A DNA stretch of 54,088 nt from the NCBI RefSeq assembly GCF_001194135.2, contig NC_068987.1, forward strand, positions 105,979,731 through 106,033,818, written 5' to 3'. The translations under genes and the position numbers were made by a program. The stretch comes from Octopus bimaculoides (Eukaryota). The notes beneath the pieces were generated by a model. It did not search any database and was not told the origin of the DNA. It saw only the letters and a program-made list of their open reading frames with translations. Below are positions 40,311-51,961 of this stretch, piece after piece (within the stretch, counting starts at the first letter, position 1; each line of letters begins with the position of its first letter).

Positions 40311-40534
40311 TGATTTATATATATCTTTTCTCAGGAGGAAGACGCAGTTCCCATGACCCTTTACGAAGCCTCCGGTAACCAGGCCCGAATGCTTACAACA
40401 CAGTGGGTTTCGTAAAATGTGTCCATGTTGTCAGGTAGTAGGGTTAAAGTGGGCGACAGATTTGGGAATAACTTTGATCACAGATCTACTGTATTAGTGA
40501 TGGCCAACGGCTTAGCAACAAATAGCAACATCAT

Positions 40535-41170
40535 CCCGCTACCGCCGCCGCCGCCGCCGCCGCCACCACCACCATCATCTCTGCCACAACCACCAACATC
40601 ACCACTGCCATTACCTATACACCAGAACTGCTTCTTCTTACCACTACCGCCACTACCACCAACACCACCATCAGTATATCACCACCAAAACCACCACTAC
40701 CACCAATTCCACTAACATCCCACCATCACTGCCACCACTACCAATAGCACCACTAACACCAACTGCACTACCACCAGCACCACCACCAGTAGCACCACAA
40801 CCACCACACTCAGTATATTACCTCTGAGACCACCGAGACCTCCACCACTACCACCAACACATCACCATCTCTGCCACCACCACCAATAGTACCACCTCCA
40901 ATGCTGCCACTACTATCACAAAGAACCACCACTACAACCACCACCACTACTACCCACAACACGCCTACTACCTGACGCCCTCCCCATCGCTGCCTCCGCC
41001 ACCAGTAACACCATCACGAATACCACCATCGCCAGAATTGCTACCACTAACATCAACACCATCACAGCTACCACCACCACCACCACCATCACTATCACCA
41101 GTACCACCAGTACCACCACCACCACCACCACCAGCACCACTATCATCAGTACTACAACAACAATAATATG
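40535..41170. repeat. degenerate (ACC/CCG)n low-complexity region
   Basis: direct reading; explains poly-Pro, poly-Val and poly-Gly ORFs. Confidence 0.9.
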
Positions 41171-41193
41171 AGACGACGATGACACGAAAGGCA

Positions 41194-41321
41194 AAAGCAA
41201 CAAAAATATTCAAATACCTTCAGACATTTTCAAAACTGCCACACAAACATGAATATTTATAGAACTAGCGATGAACTTTCCAGAAAATCGTATTTTCAAA
41301 ACGAACAAGTAGCGGATGTGG
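41194..41321 (+). repeat. ~130-bp dispersed direct repeat, copy 2
   Basis: aligns with 34068-34198. Confidence 0.9.
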
Positions 41322-41959
41322 GGGTGGGGTGGGTTGGTTTGGGTTGGGGATGTGGAGAGTGGGGTTGGAATGTGATGATTTTAAAAGGGGCGGTGGAGAA
41401 TGTGTGTGTGTGGGGAGGGTGGGTGGTTGTATTGTTGAGTTAGTGGAGCGTATGTACGAAATGAGAGTGTACGAGGAAAGTTATAGAAAGATGAATGAAA
41501 AAGACAAACAAACAAACAAACAAACAAACATAAAGACCTGAACCAATACCTAAATAAAAACTGGAATGAAAGAAGGAAGGAAGGAAGGAAGAAAAGAAAA
41601 GGAAGAAACCAGGGAAGAAAAAGGAAAGGACAAGAGAGAAAGAAAGAAAGCGAGTTTTAAATCAGCTTTCAAGACAGTAATTAAAATAACATATGATGTG
41701 AATGTATCGTCGTGGTAGTCATGATGGACTTATCCTACTCAAACTCATCAACCTCCTCCACCGATTCCTCCTCTTCCTTATCATCATCACCAACACCACC
41801 ACCAGCACCAGCACCACCACCATCATCATCATCATCATCTTGATGAACACCGTCACCAGACGTTCCGGTCTAGAACAGCATAGAAAACAGAGTCACTAAA
41901 TATGTCTATTTTTGTGCAATGCATATATATACATACATTACATACATACATACAGAAGC

Positions 41960-42109
41960 AGAGAGATAGGGAAAGAGAAATAGAGAGAGAGGGGGAGGGA
42001 AGAAATACAGAGACAGAGATACGGGGAGAGAGAGACAGGTAGAGAGAGACAGGTAGAGAGAGAGAAGCAGAGATGGAGAACGAGATGCAGAGACCCAGAG
42101 AGAGAGAGA

Positions 42110-42144
<35 letters not shown>

Positions 42145-42300
42145 NNNNNNNNNNNNNNNNNNNNNNNNNNNNNNNNNNNNNNNNNNNNNNNNNNAGAGAG
42201 AGAGAGAGAGGGAGAGAGAGAGAGAGAGAGAGGGATGGAGAGAGAGAGAGAGAGAGCGAGATGCAGAGAGAGGTAGAGATAGAGAGAGAGGAGAGAGCGG
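41960..42300. repeat. (GA)n-rich tract containing an N-gap
   Basis: direct reading. Confidence 0.9.
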
Positions 42301-42709
42301 TACAGAGGCGAAAGAAAGAAACACACACGCATTCAACCACATCCACATACACAAATACATACCTACACATATACACCTCCCCCCAAAACATACACACTCA
42401 CATATATGTGTATGTGTGTGTGTATGTGTATGCGTGTGTGTGTGTGTGCGTGTGTGTGTTCTTGAAATATATAGCTGTAGCCATGACTCTGTGGTAAGGT
42501 GTTTGCTTCCCGACCAGAGGACCCAGTTGAATCTCCTCAGGTGATTTATAATCGCTGTCCCCGTAAGTAAAGCTTTGGCTTTCATGCTAATACATCCACC
42601 CGACTCTTTTGATAATTCTAAGGGTGAACGAGCTCTACTTTGGACTTTAATACGTTCCTAACGGAATACACCTTAGATATACATACATACATACATGCAT
42701 ACATACATA

Positions 42710-42742
<33 letters not shown>

Positions 42743-42772
42743 NNNNNNNNNNNNNNNNNNNNATATGCATGT

Positions 42773-43268
42773 GGAGGCGCAATGGCCCAGTGGATAGGGC
42801 AGTGGACTCGCGGTCATAGGATCGCGGTTTCGATTCCCAGACCGGACGTTGTGAGTGTTTATTGAGCGAAAACCCCTAAAGCTCCACGGGGCTCCGGCAG
42901 GGGATGGTGGCGAACCCTGCTGTACACTTTCACCATAATTTTCTCTTACTCTTACTTCCTGTTTCTGTTGTGCCTGTAATTCAAAGGGTCAGCCTTTTCA
43001 CACTGTGTCACGCTGAATATCCCCGAGAACTACGTTAAGGGTACAGGTGTCTGTGGAGTGCTCAACCACTTGCACGTTGATTTCACGACCAGGCTGTTCC
43101 GTTGATCGGATCAACTGGAACCCTCGACGNNNNNNNNNNCGTTAAGGGTACAGGTGTCTGTGGAGTGCTCAACCACTTGCACGTTGATTTCACGACCAGG
43201 CTGTTCCGTTGATCGGATCAACTGGAACCCTCGACGTCGTAAGCGACGGAGCGCCAACAACAACAACA
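42773..43268 (+). mobile_element. tRNA-headed SINE family D, full length (contains gap-associated duplication)
   Basis: A-box TGGCCCAGTGG, B-box GGTTTCGATTCC, (CAA)n tail; aligns with 50603-50978. Confidence 0.9.
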
Positions 43269-43280
43269 TATATATGCAGG

Positions 43281-43325
<45 letters not shown>

Positions 43326-43417
43326 ATATATGATTAAGATTCAGTTAGATTAGGTACTAAAGTTGAGACACTAAGTCAGTCCGGTATAATCTGCACAGCT
43401 CAAAGTGAGGTGAATAA

Positions 43418-44269
43418 AAAGCAAATAAGTATTAAGGATGTCAAGACAGTGCATTACGGCCGTTTTGGGCGGCTCCATTCAATCGATCAATAATAAACAT
43501 TACATCAATTTCAAATACACTGCCTTCATCGGAGCATAAGACCTTATAGGTTTTCAACATACAGGATACTTCATTATAACACTTTTAGCAAATTTTTCAT
43601 CGGATCTAGAGAATAAAAGAGTTACATGCTTGCTGCTATTATTGTAACAGAATGAACTTAGGGAGAAAATAGCCTAACTATAATTTGGGGCAGAAGAGAA
43701 TAACAATGAGAGTCATGAGATGGTAATATAGCTACATTTATCTATCTCCTTATCACCATGAAAAGATCTAGCGGCTGATGAAAAAAATAGCCATAGTAAA
43801 TTAGTAGTTTGGGAGAGTATCTGACATTAATTAATTATCACCAGCAGCTAGAACTTAACTGTCAGTTCCCAGTTATTTTAATTCTTAGCGGACGTAGTAT
43901 ACGAGCGGCATTAGATCTTTTGATGGTGATAAAGAGATACATAAATGTAGCAATATTACCATCTCAAAACCCTCATTGTTATTCTGTTCTGTCACCCCAA
44001 ATTATAGTTGGGCTACTTTCTTCCTAAGTTCATTCTGCAGCAATAATAGCAGCAGGCATGTAATTCTTTTATTCTCGAGATCTGATGAAAATCTTGCTAA
44101 AAAATTACAATAGAGTATTCTGTATGTTGAAAACTTATATGGTCTTATGCAAGAAAGGAATGCGGTGTATTTCAAATTGATGTAATGCTTGCATTGATTG
44201 ATTAAATGGAGCCACACGAAACGGCCGTAATGCACTAATACCTGGACATACTTGTTACTTATATGCTTT
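43418..44269. repeat. long inverted repeat, ~350-bp arms with ~140-bp spacer
   Basis: 43418-43770 aligns with the reverse complement of 43912-44269; right arm has GAAAC-GGCC-GTA at 44218-44229, left arm AAAAC-GGCC-GTA on the minus strand. Confidence 0.9.
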
Positions 44270-44339
44270 ATATAGTTACATGCCTGGCAAAATTGTTAAT
44301 TATTAATTTTATTACTAATTGACGATTCCCTGCCCTATA

Positions 44340-44374
<35 letters not shown>

Positions 44375-44848
44375 NNNNNNNNNNNNNNNNNNNNNNNNNN
44401 NNNNNNNNNNNNNNNNNNNNNNNNNNNNNNNNNNNNNNNNNNNNNNNNNNNNNNNNNNNNNNNNNNNNNNNNNNNNNNNNNNNNNNNNNNNNNNNNNNNN
44501 NNNNNNNNNNNNNNNNNNNNNNNNNNNNNNNNNNNNNNNNNNNNNNNNNNNNNNNNNNNNNNNNNNNNNNNNNNNNNNNNNNNNNNNNNNNNNNNNNNNN
44601 NNNNNNNNNNNNNNNNNNNNNNNNNNNNNNNNNNNNNNNNNNNNNNNNNNNNNNNNNNNNNNNNNNNNNNNNNNNNNNNNNNNNNNNNNNNNNNNNNNNN
44701 NNNNNNNNNNNNNNNNNNNNNNNNNNNNNNNNNNNNNNNNNNNNNNNNNNNNNNNNNNNNNNNNNNNNNNNNNNNNNNNNNNNNNNNNNNNNNNNNNNNN
44801 NNNNNNNNNNNNNNNNNNNNNNNNNNNNNNNNNNNNNNNNNNNNNNNN

Positions 44849-44879
<31 letters not shown>

Positions 44880-45114
44880 AGAATGCATGTGTGTATGTAA
44901 ATATGTCACCGAAACCATGCGTATTAGAGAAAAACGAATTTGGTTTCCGGCACCTGCGTCACGAGGAGAAAGCTTTTGGTAGTTAGTATCCACAGAGTAT
45001 AAATCAACTTCCAGGCCACCAACATTGAATGTCTTCAGAAGCCGCAATTTTAAACAGAATATTAAACCCTGACTGTGTGTACATTTATAAATGTGTGTGT
45101 CGTGTATCATATTT

Positions 45115-45150
45115 GTCTATCTACCTACCTCTTTCTTTCTATCTATCTAC

Positions 45151-45185
<35 letters not shown>

Positions 45186-45235
45186 CCTATCTATCTATCT
45201 ATTTATTTATCTATCTATCTATCTATCTATCTCTG
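45115..45235. repeat. (CTAT)n microsatellite
   Basis: direct reading. Confidence 0.95.
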
Positions 45236-45836
45236 TCTTTTACGCTGTTCCTCTCTCAATATATCATTCACCACCCTTTCTTTCACTCTCTCTGTATACG
45301 TATATTTCTCATGCATGCTGCTACCCAGCCCTCTCTTGATATGACATGTTATGACAGTCAGTCTCAAGAGACGACAGTGTCTGTGTATGTACCTCCCTAT
45401 ATATCTCTGCCCGTCTCTTCCGTTTTCCTCATTGCAAAATTTTCTCATCTCTAAATATATTTACCGCACTGCCATTTCAATTCAAATAGCTCGAATTTGT
45501 CAAGTCTTATTTTTGCCGTGATCATCAACAAATCGCAAGGGTAAACATTTTCGGTTTAAATGTTGAAGAGCCCTGCTTCATCCATGGTCAACTTTACATC
45601 TAAGTACCAAATAAAAAAGCAAAAAGAAAAGAAAAACCCAAAAGGCTTCATTTATCAGGGCATTATAAATTGCCCCAAAATAATACAGAAATTCGTCGTG
45701 ATCAAAAGGGCTATCAGTCATGGAAGTCTGAAATGAGATGAAAAAATTGAAATAAATGAGTTCTATTGTGAAAATTGCCCGGCAACGACGGACTACTTAG
45801 CTAGAGCTTGCATGCATGTATGAGTGTATGCATGCA

Positions 45837-45872
<36 letters not shown>

Positions 45873-45903
45873 AAGAAAAGCAACAAAAATTCAATAGGTT
45901 ATA

Positions 45904-45991
45904 GCAGTACGTACGTTTCGAACAAGCTCCATTTATTCATGTAGTGAGAACACTGCATAGAATGTACAATGAAAATGCACTCCTCAGCTGC
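45904..45991 (-). ncRNA. candidate type I hammerhead ribozyme, left-arm copy (stem II damaged)
   Basis: GCAG-CTGAGGA-GTGCA...TGTTC-GAAA-C-GTAC-GTA-CTGC; stem II has one U-U mismatch and one G-U pair. Confidence 0.45.
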
Positions 45992-46103
45992 ATAATGGGA
46001 TTTCATTTTAGAAAGTCATTTTGTAGATGTGTGCAAAAAAGAGTAAGAGAAGAAAACATACCAAACATCTACAAAATGACTTTCTCAAATGAAATTCCAT
46101 TAT

Positions 46104-46191
46104 GCAGCTGATGAGTACATTTTCAGTGTACATGCTATGCAGTGTTCTCGCTACATGAATAAATGGAGCTTGTACGAAACGTACGTACTGC
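46104..46191 (+). ncRNA. candidate type I hammerhead ribozyme, right-arm copy
   Basis: stem I GCAG/CTGC, core CTGATGA (46108-46114), stem II GTACA/TGTAC, GAAA (46176-46179), stem III C-GTAC-G with palindromic loop, GUA cleavage triplet (46185-46187). Confidence 0.62.
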
Positions 46192-46429
46192 TATAACCTA
46201 TTGAATTTTTGTTGCTTTCCTTCAAAGTTTATTCACCAAATCTCTTGATTTTGTTTTTGGCTTTTACCCTACCAAATATTGGTGCCTCAAACATTTTAAG
46301 TACCACATTTAATCTTTTGATTAAATCTATATTATTATATATATATGTATATATGCATGTGTGTATGTATGTATGTGTGTGTATGTGTGTGTATGTATGT
46401 ATGTATGTATGTATGCATGTGCGCGCGTC

Positions 46430-46640
46430 ATTGTGTCGGTCTACACCTGTAAATTAACGATTCGGCAAATGAGACCAACTGAAGTAACGGGCTTAAAAAA
46501 CGAAAAAACAACAACAGCAACAAAGGAAATGAAGAAAAAAAAGAACAAAATCTAAGTACTGCGGTCGACTGAAACCCTTCAAGACGAGGACCAAGCGTGG
46601 TCGCAGTCAAATAACTGAGAGAACTAAAAGATAAAAGATA
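46430..46640 (+). mobile_element. SINE family B 3' half
   Basis: TTCGGCAAATGAGACC...GTGGTCGCAGTCAAATAACTGAG and TAAAAGATAAAAGAT tail. Confidence 0.7.
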
Positions 46641-46765
46641 CCGTTTCAGTTTCCGTCTACGAAATCCCCTCATAAGGCTTTGGTCGGTCCGAAGCTTTAG
46701 GTGCCACACAGTGGGACTGAACCCGGGACCATGTGGTTGGTAAGCAAGCTACTTACCATGCAGCC
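46641..46765 (-). mobile_element. SINE family B 5' half
   Basis: TTTCAGTTTCCGTCTAC...GGGACTGAACCCGGGACCATGTGGTTGGTAAGCAAGCTACTTACC matches 27155-27287. Confidence 0.85.
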
Positions 46766-47219
46766 TCTCCTGCTCCTTATCTATCTTTAATTTTTAATTT
46801 TTGATTTTATTTTTCTTTCGCTCCCACTCATTCTTTTCTACACCTATCCCGGTTCTTTCTTTTCTCTCTTTCTTCTCTCTCTTCTTATCACTCACAACCC
46901 ATATGTGTCTCTCATTATGTCTGTCCTTCTCACGCTTTATACCCACGTAGACCATTTTCGTACTTGTTAACCACTTAATTCTATCAATTCTCTTCCTTCA
47001 ACATGAATGCAATATCGAAAATACTGCCTGGATTTAACTGTGATTATACCTAAGGACCTATACCTTCAGGGAAGTACGGACCAACCTCCATACCCTCTGG
47101 AAAAAGATGAGCTGTGAACTTTATTCTCCTGTCTGTATTCTTATATCTATTGTTTTACTCTTTATTTTATTCCTTATAAACTGTGAACTTCCCTGTCCGG
47201 ATCTTTCATACATACTCAC

Positions 47220-47289
47220 CTTGTCTCTGATGCCGGAATACCCAGTGTACGGGAAAGCTAAACTAACACTTCGGATATCCCAGAAACAT
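47220..47289 (-). other. candidate 70-nt internal exon of an unidentified gene
   Basis: TTACAG acceptor and AAG|GTGAGT donor; one open frame CFWDIRSVSLAFPYTGYSGIRDK; weak polypyrimidine tract and no recognised homology. Confidence 0.25.
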
Positions 47290-47582
47290 CTGTAAGACTT
47301 CAAATTCACCTCACCCTAAGTAAATATTCTAAATGACTTGAGATACATGTCCTGCCTTGGTTTTTGTTACCCTTTTCCCTCTAATATAATATATACCTGC
47401 TAACTCGGTAGCCTGATACGGATCCCTAGCTCCAGCCTCAGCTGTGAACATGGAAGCTAACGGATGACCAATTATAGCACTTACTCAGCGTACCTATTCG
47501 TTTAGAACACCAGTGAACTAAATCCCTCATATTTTTACACACGCGCGCACACACACACACACACATACACACACATATATCA

Positions 47583-47902
47583 AAAGGTAAAGACCAAGGG
47601 ATTACCACGGGATTACTCCTAGAAAGTTACCCTCCGAGGCACAAGTCTGGGCAAAGTTGTTTATTGAAGACTAGCAGTTGCCCATGCATAGCAGCCTCTC
47701 CTCTACACGCCGACGATGTTAGCCACGGCAAAGGCAAAGCCCGATACAGCTTGTGACGTCGGAACTCATTTCGACAGCTGAATGAACTGGAAAAGCGTGA
47801 AATAAAGTTTCTTGCCTAAGAACACAACGCACAGTTCTGTCCCGGAATCTACCTCACTCATGACTGTGAGCCCGGCACTCTAGCCACTGAGCCACACACC
47901 TT
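47583..47902 (-). mobile_element. CORE-type tRNA SINE (family C)
   Basis: aligns with 20961-21291. Confidence 0.88.
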
Positions 47903-47971
47903 TACTCTCCCTTTCTCATTCCCTCTGTCTCTCTATATATATACATACACACACATACATACATACATACA

Positions 47972-48029
<58 letters not shown>

Positions 48030-48070
48030 NNNNNNNNNNNNNNNNNNNNNNNNNNNNNNNNNNNNNNNNN

Positions 48071-48106
<36 letters not shown>

Positions 48107-48509
48107 GTCGCAATAATTTAGGGCTAATAGAAAACTGGTGTAAATATATATATATATAGGGCCAGGAAAATATTTCCTTTGGATATAAATACCCCATGAG
48201 CAGTAAGAACGCCGAAAGACGTCACTATCAAATAAAGGCAGTTATTATATTGATTCCATCTAGATATCTCTTGCAAAATTGTAATAAAGAAAGAGCAAAA
48301 TATATTTATTGCTCAACCCGCTGTTCAGATGCAGCTATAGAGTGAAGCTGCAGCTTCGAATAAATGAATAAATGAATAAACTCCACCAAAAATGTATTGA
48401 GTATTTTTCCTGTCTTTTGTATTTGGACACTTCTATGTGTGAGTGTGTGATTGAGTATATTTGTGTGTGTGTGTGTGTGTATATATATTTATATATGCGT
48501 AGATATATC

Positions 48510-48541
<32 letters not shown>

Positions 48542-50242
48542 AATATATATATACACTGACATATACATATGTATGCATATGTATAAACACAAATATATGA
48601 ACAGTTTTGGTTCTTAATTGACAAGCAATGGTGTTATACTTAATCGAGTCTCGTTAACGCGTCCTACCACGTTGTTGGCGACGATATTAGTGTTAACGTA
48701 ACCTGTGAATGTGAATTTTGTCTGTATTCTACACATTACCGAAGCTTTCCAAAGAGGTGGATGGTGCAGAACTCTGCGCACATTTCCATAATAATCGCTT
48801 TTGTCGGTGCTGTGATATGGGTTCCATGTCATGTTGCGCAGGTGCGTCGCATTATCAGTAATTTCACCATGCGATTGCATTTTTTTTATCTTGCCATTTG
48901 CAATCCACGTTTCTGTACTCATCTCCCGTTATACAACATCCTCTCATGTTTTCCCACTGGAAAAGGGGATGAGAACGCGTAACTCTTCACTGAGTATTCA
49001 AGGTGACTAGCATTTACATGGTGAAAGAGTAGTTAAATATTTGGTTTAAACGTTAGTCATAATTACTGATATAGTAAGTTTTCACTCACATTATTTAGCA
49101 GTTTAACAGTTAAGATTGGATTGGATGCGATTGTCAATGTTCAGTCCACCGCGAGACGAAGGCCTCAGCATATTCTCTCCAACAACCACAGTCTGATTGG
49201 TAGCCGTGAATGTGAGCTTCAGATCAAACTGGTTTGATGACCCTACTCTGCCACACCGGCTCGGGAGGAGTAGTTAAGTCGATGAAGATACTTAGACGAA
49301 ACTAATAAAATAATGAAAGTTATATGAAGTAATCTTTTACCTTTCAATACTACGTCAACAATTAAATAATTAATAGTTTACATAAGATTTCAGTGACAGT
49401 ATTTTCAAGCAATTTTCTCCAAATATTTAATTCCTACATAACTTCGTCAATTAAATCCTCTTATCAGCTAAGTTAAGCGGTAACGCAAGCGATAAATGGT
49501 TTCAGTTATTGTTCTGTGTTATAAATTTGGTGCTGACTGTGTCAGACGATCCCTTCAAGTCGTTCTTGAAAGACAGGATAGACTCTACATGGAAACCAGA
49601 ACATAAGCGTATTTTCCTCAGAGAAAGACAATTCTAAAGAATGGCGAGAAATATTGAGCTACAATTTTTTTTAATTGGTGCTGAAATGAAAATAGGCAAA
49701 ATCGAAGTCACGGGATTTTGAGCTCAGGATACAGAGAACTAGAATAAAGCATTCTCTTCCTATACTCAAACGACTTTGCCAACTTACCGCCATCACACTT
49801 CTATCTATGTATAGGCATACACACACACTTGCATACATACTTATATGTTATGCATTTATGCACAGGTAAGTCCGTAAAGGCGAAACAAGTTGGAAACAAT
49901 AGTACTCGACTATCAAAGGTAAAGTAATATACTGTTTTATTAAAGCAAAAAAATCTTCAGAAACTGTTTATCAGAGTTTAGCGTGACCATTCACCTATTA
50001 TCAAAACTTAATGATTAACGGTCACGTGAAACTGTCATGTACACACACACACACGTACGCACACGCGCACACACATACGCGCGCGCACACATACATACAC
50101 GCACACACACAAAACACAGATACACACATATGCATATTTGCAGCTATCTTGTATCTTGGAAGGGTCAACTCATGAATCCAGATCAAGAATCTTTCAAACC
50201 AAATGCAAAGACGAAGATTGTTTTTATGCTCAATTATAATAA

Positions 50243-50422
50243 TTCCTTCTACTATAGGCACACGGCCTAGATTGGTACTTAATTGGTACTTTATTCATTG
50301 ACCCCGAAAGGATGAAAGGCAAAGTTGACCCCGGCAGAATTTGAACTCAGAACGTAGCGACGGGCGAAATCCCGCTAAGCATTTCGCCCGGCGTGCTAAC
50401 GATTCTGCCAGCTCGCCGCCTT
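50243..50422 (-). mobile_element. SINE family A monomer with internal deletion and 16-bp TSD
   Basis: perfect TSD TGCTCAATTATAATAA at 50227-50242 and 50424-50439. Confidence 0.93.
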
Positions 50423-50602
50423 GTGCTCAATTATAATAACAATAAAAACAAACCCACCAATTTTACATTCATCTGAAGAGTGACTCCATTCTTTTGTAGA
50501 TATTAAATTTATTCTTTCGTAACGAATAATATTGGCAGTGACTTCGAAATTTCGACCCGATAAGCGATCATCGGACATCCAAATATATATATGTGCGTGT
50601 GT

Positions 50603-50978
50603 GGAGGCGCAAAGGCCCAGTGGATAGGGCAGCGGACTCGCTGTCGTAGGATCGCGCTTTCGATTCCTAGACCGGATATTGTGAATGTTTATCGACCATC
50701 TAAAGCTTCACGAGGTTCCGACAGGGGGTGGTGGTGAACCCTGCTGTACACTTTCACCACAACTTTCTCTCACTCTTTCTTCCTGTTTCTGTTGTACCTG
50801 TATTTCAAAGGAACTACCCTTATCACACTCTGTGTCAGGCTGAATCTCCCCGAGAACTACGTTAAGGGTACGCGTGTCTGGGGAGTACTCAGCCACTTGC
50901 ACGTTAATTTCACGAGCAGGTTGTCCCGTTGATCGGATCAACTGGAACCATCGTCGTCATAACCAACGGAGTTCCACA
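50603..50978 (+). mobile_element. tRNA-headed SINE family D
   Basis: aligns with 42773-43268. Confidence 0.9.
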
Positions 50979-51405
50979 TCGTGTGTGTAATTTTGAGTGT
51001 TTATATATGCGCACATAGGCATGTATATCTGATTATTTATGCAATGGTAGTACGTTGTTTTCAATTTATATAATGCTTGGCATGGCTTTCATGATTTCTT
51101 TAATGAGTTCAATCGTCTAGTAATATATTTTTTTTCTTATTGTCATTGTTATTGTTGGCATTTCCAATTTCATCGCCATCCTCAACACCATAATCTTTAT
51201 CCTTATATCATAACTGCTAGCGATATTTTGCTATTTCTCTGCTAGAATTAATTGTCTTACAAACAAAAAATGGATTGCAGTAAACTGCTTTATGAAGGAA
51301 CGGCACAAATATAGCAGTTACCACTTATGTCCTGTTATGTATCAATGTTTGATTCATCGCTGGTTCGTTTGGTCATATTTGACACATAGAAAACCGCAAT
51401 CTATC

Positions 51406-51461
<56 letters not shown>

Positions 51462-51897
51462 NNNNNNNNNNNNNNNNNNNNNNNNNNNNNNNNNNNNNNN
51501 NNNNNNNNNNNNNNNNNNNNNNNNNNNNNNNNNNNNNNNNNNNNNNNNNNNNNNNNNNNNNNNNNNNNNNNNNNNNNNNNNNNNNNNNNNNNNNNNNNNN
51601 NNNNNNNNNNNNNNNNNNNNNNNNNNNNNNNNNNNNNNNNNNNNNNNNNNNNNNNNNNNNNNNNNNNNNNNNNNNNNNNNNNNNNNNNNNNNNNNNNNNN
51701 NNNNNNNNNNNNNNNNNNNNNNNNNNNNNNNNNNNNNNNNNNNNNNNNNNNNNNNNNNNNNNNNNNNNNNNNNNNNNNNNNNNNNNNNNNNNNNNNNNNN
51801 NNNNNNNNNNNNNNNNNNNNNNNNNNNNNNNNNNNNNNNNNNNNNNNNNNNNNNNNNNNNNNNNNNNNNNNNNNNNNNNNNNNNNNNNNNNNNNNNN

Positions 51898-51961
<64 letters not shown>

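Larger units (their letters stand above)
45869..46226. repeat. palindrome, 162-bp arms with 34-bp spacer
   Basis: 9 mismatches over 162 bp by hand between 45869-46030 and the reverse complement of 46065-46226. Confidence 0.95.

Noticed and set aside
40419-41213. Extensin, mucin or glycine-rich protein ORFs
   Set aside because: Translations of an (ACC)n tract in several frames on both strands, with no splice or domain support
42773-42845. tRNA gene (also at 50603, 21220-21291 and 27240-27290)
   Set aside because: A/B boxes run directly into SINE bodies and no complete cloverleaf is evident
43033-43236. Exact 97-bp tandem duplication inside SINE-D
   Set aside because: The two copies flank a 10-N gap and are identical, which is typical of unmerged overlapping contig ends
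43447-44236. Tc1/mariner MITE with CAGTG termini
   Set aside because: Arm homology extends ~30 bp beyond the supposed termini and no TA TSD is present
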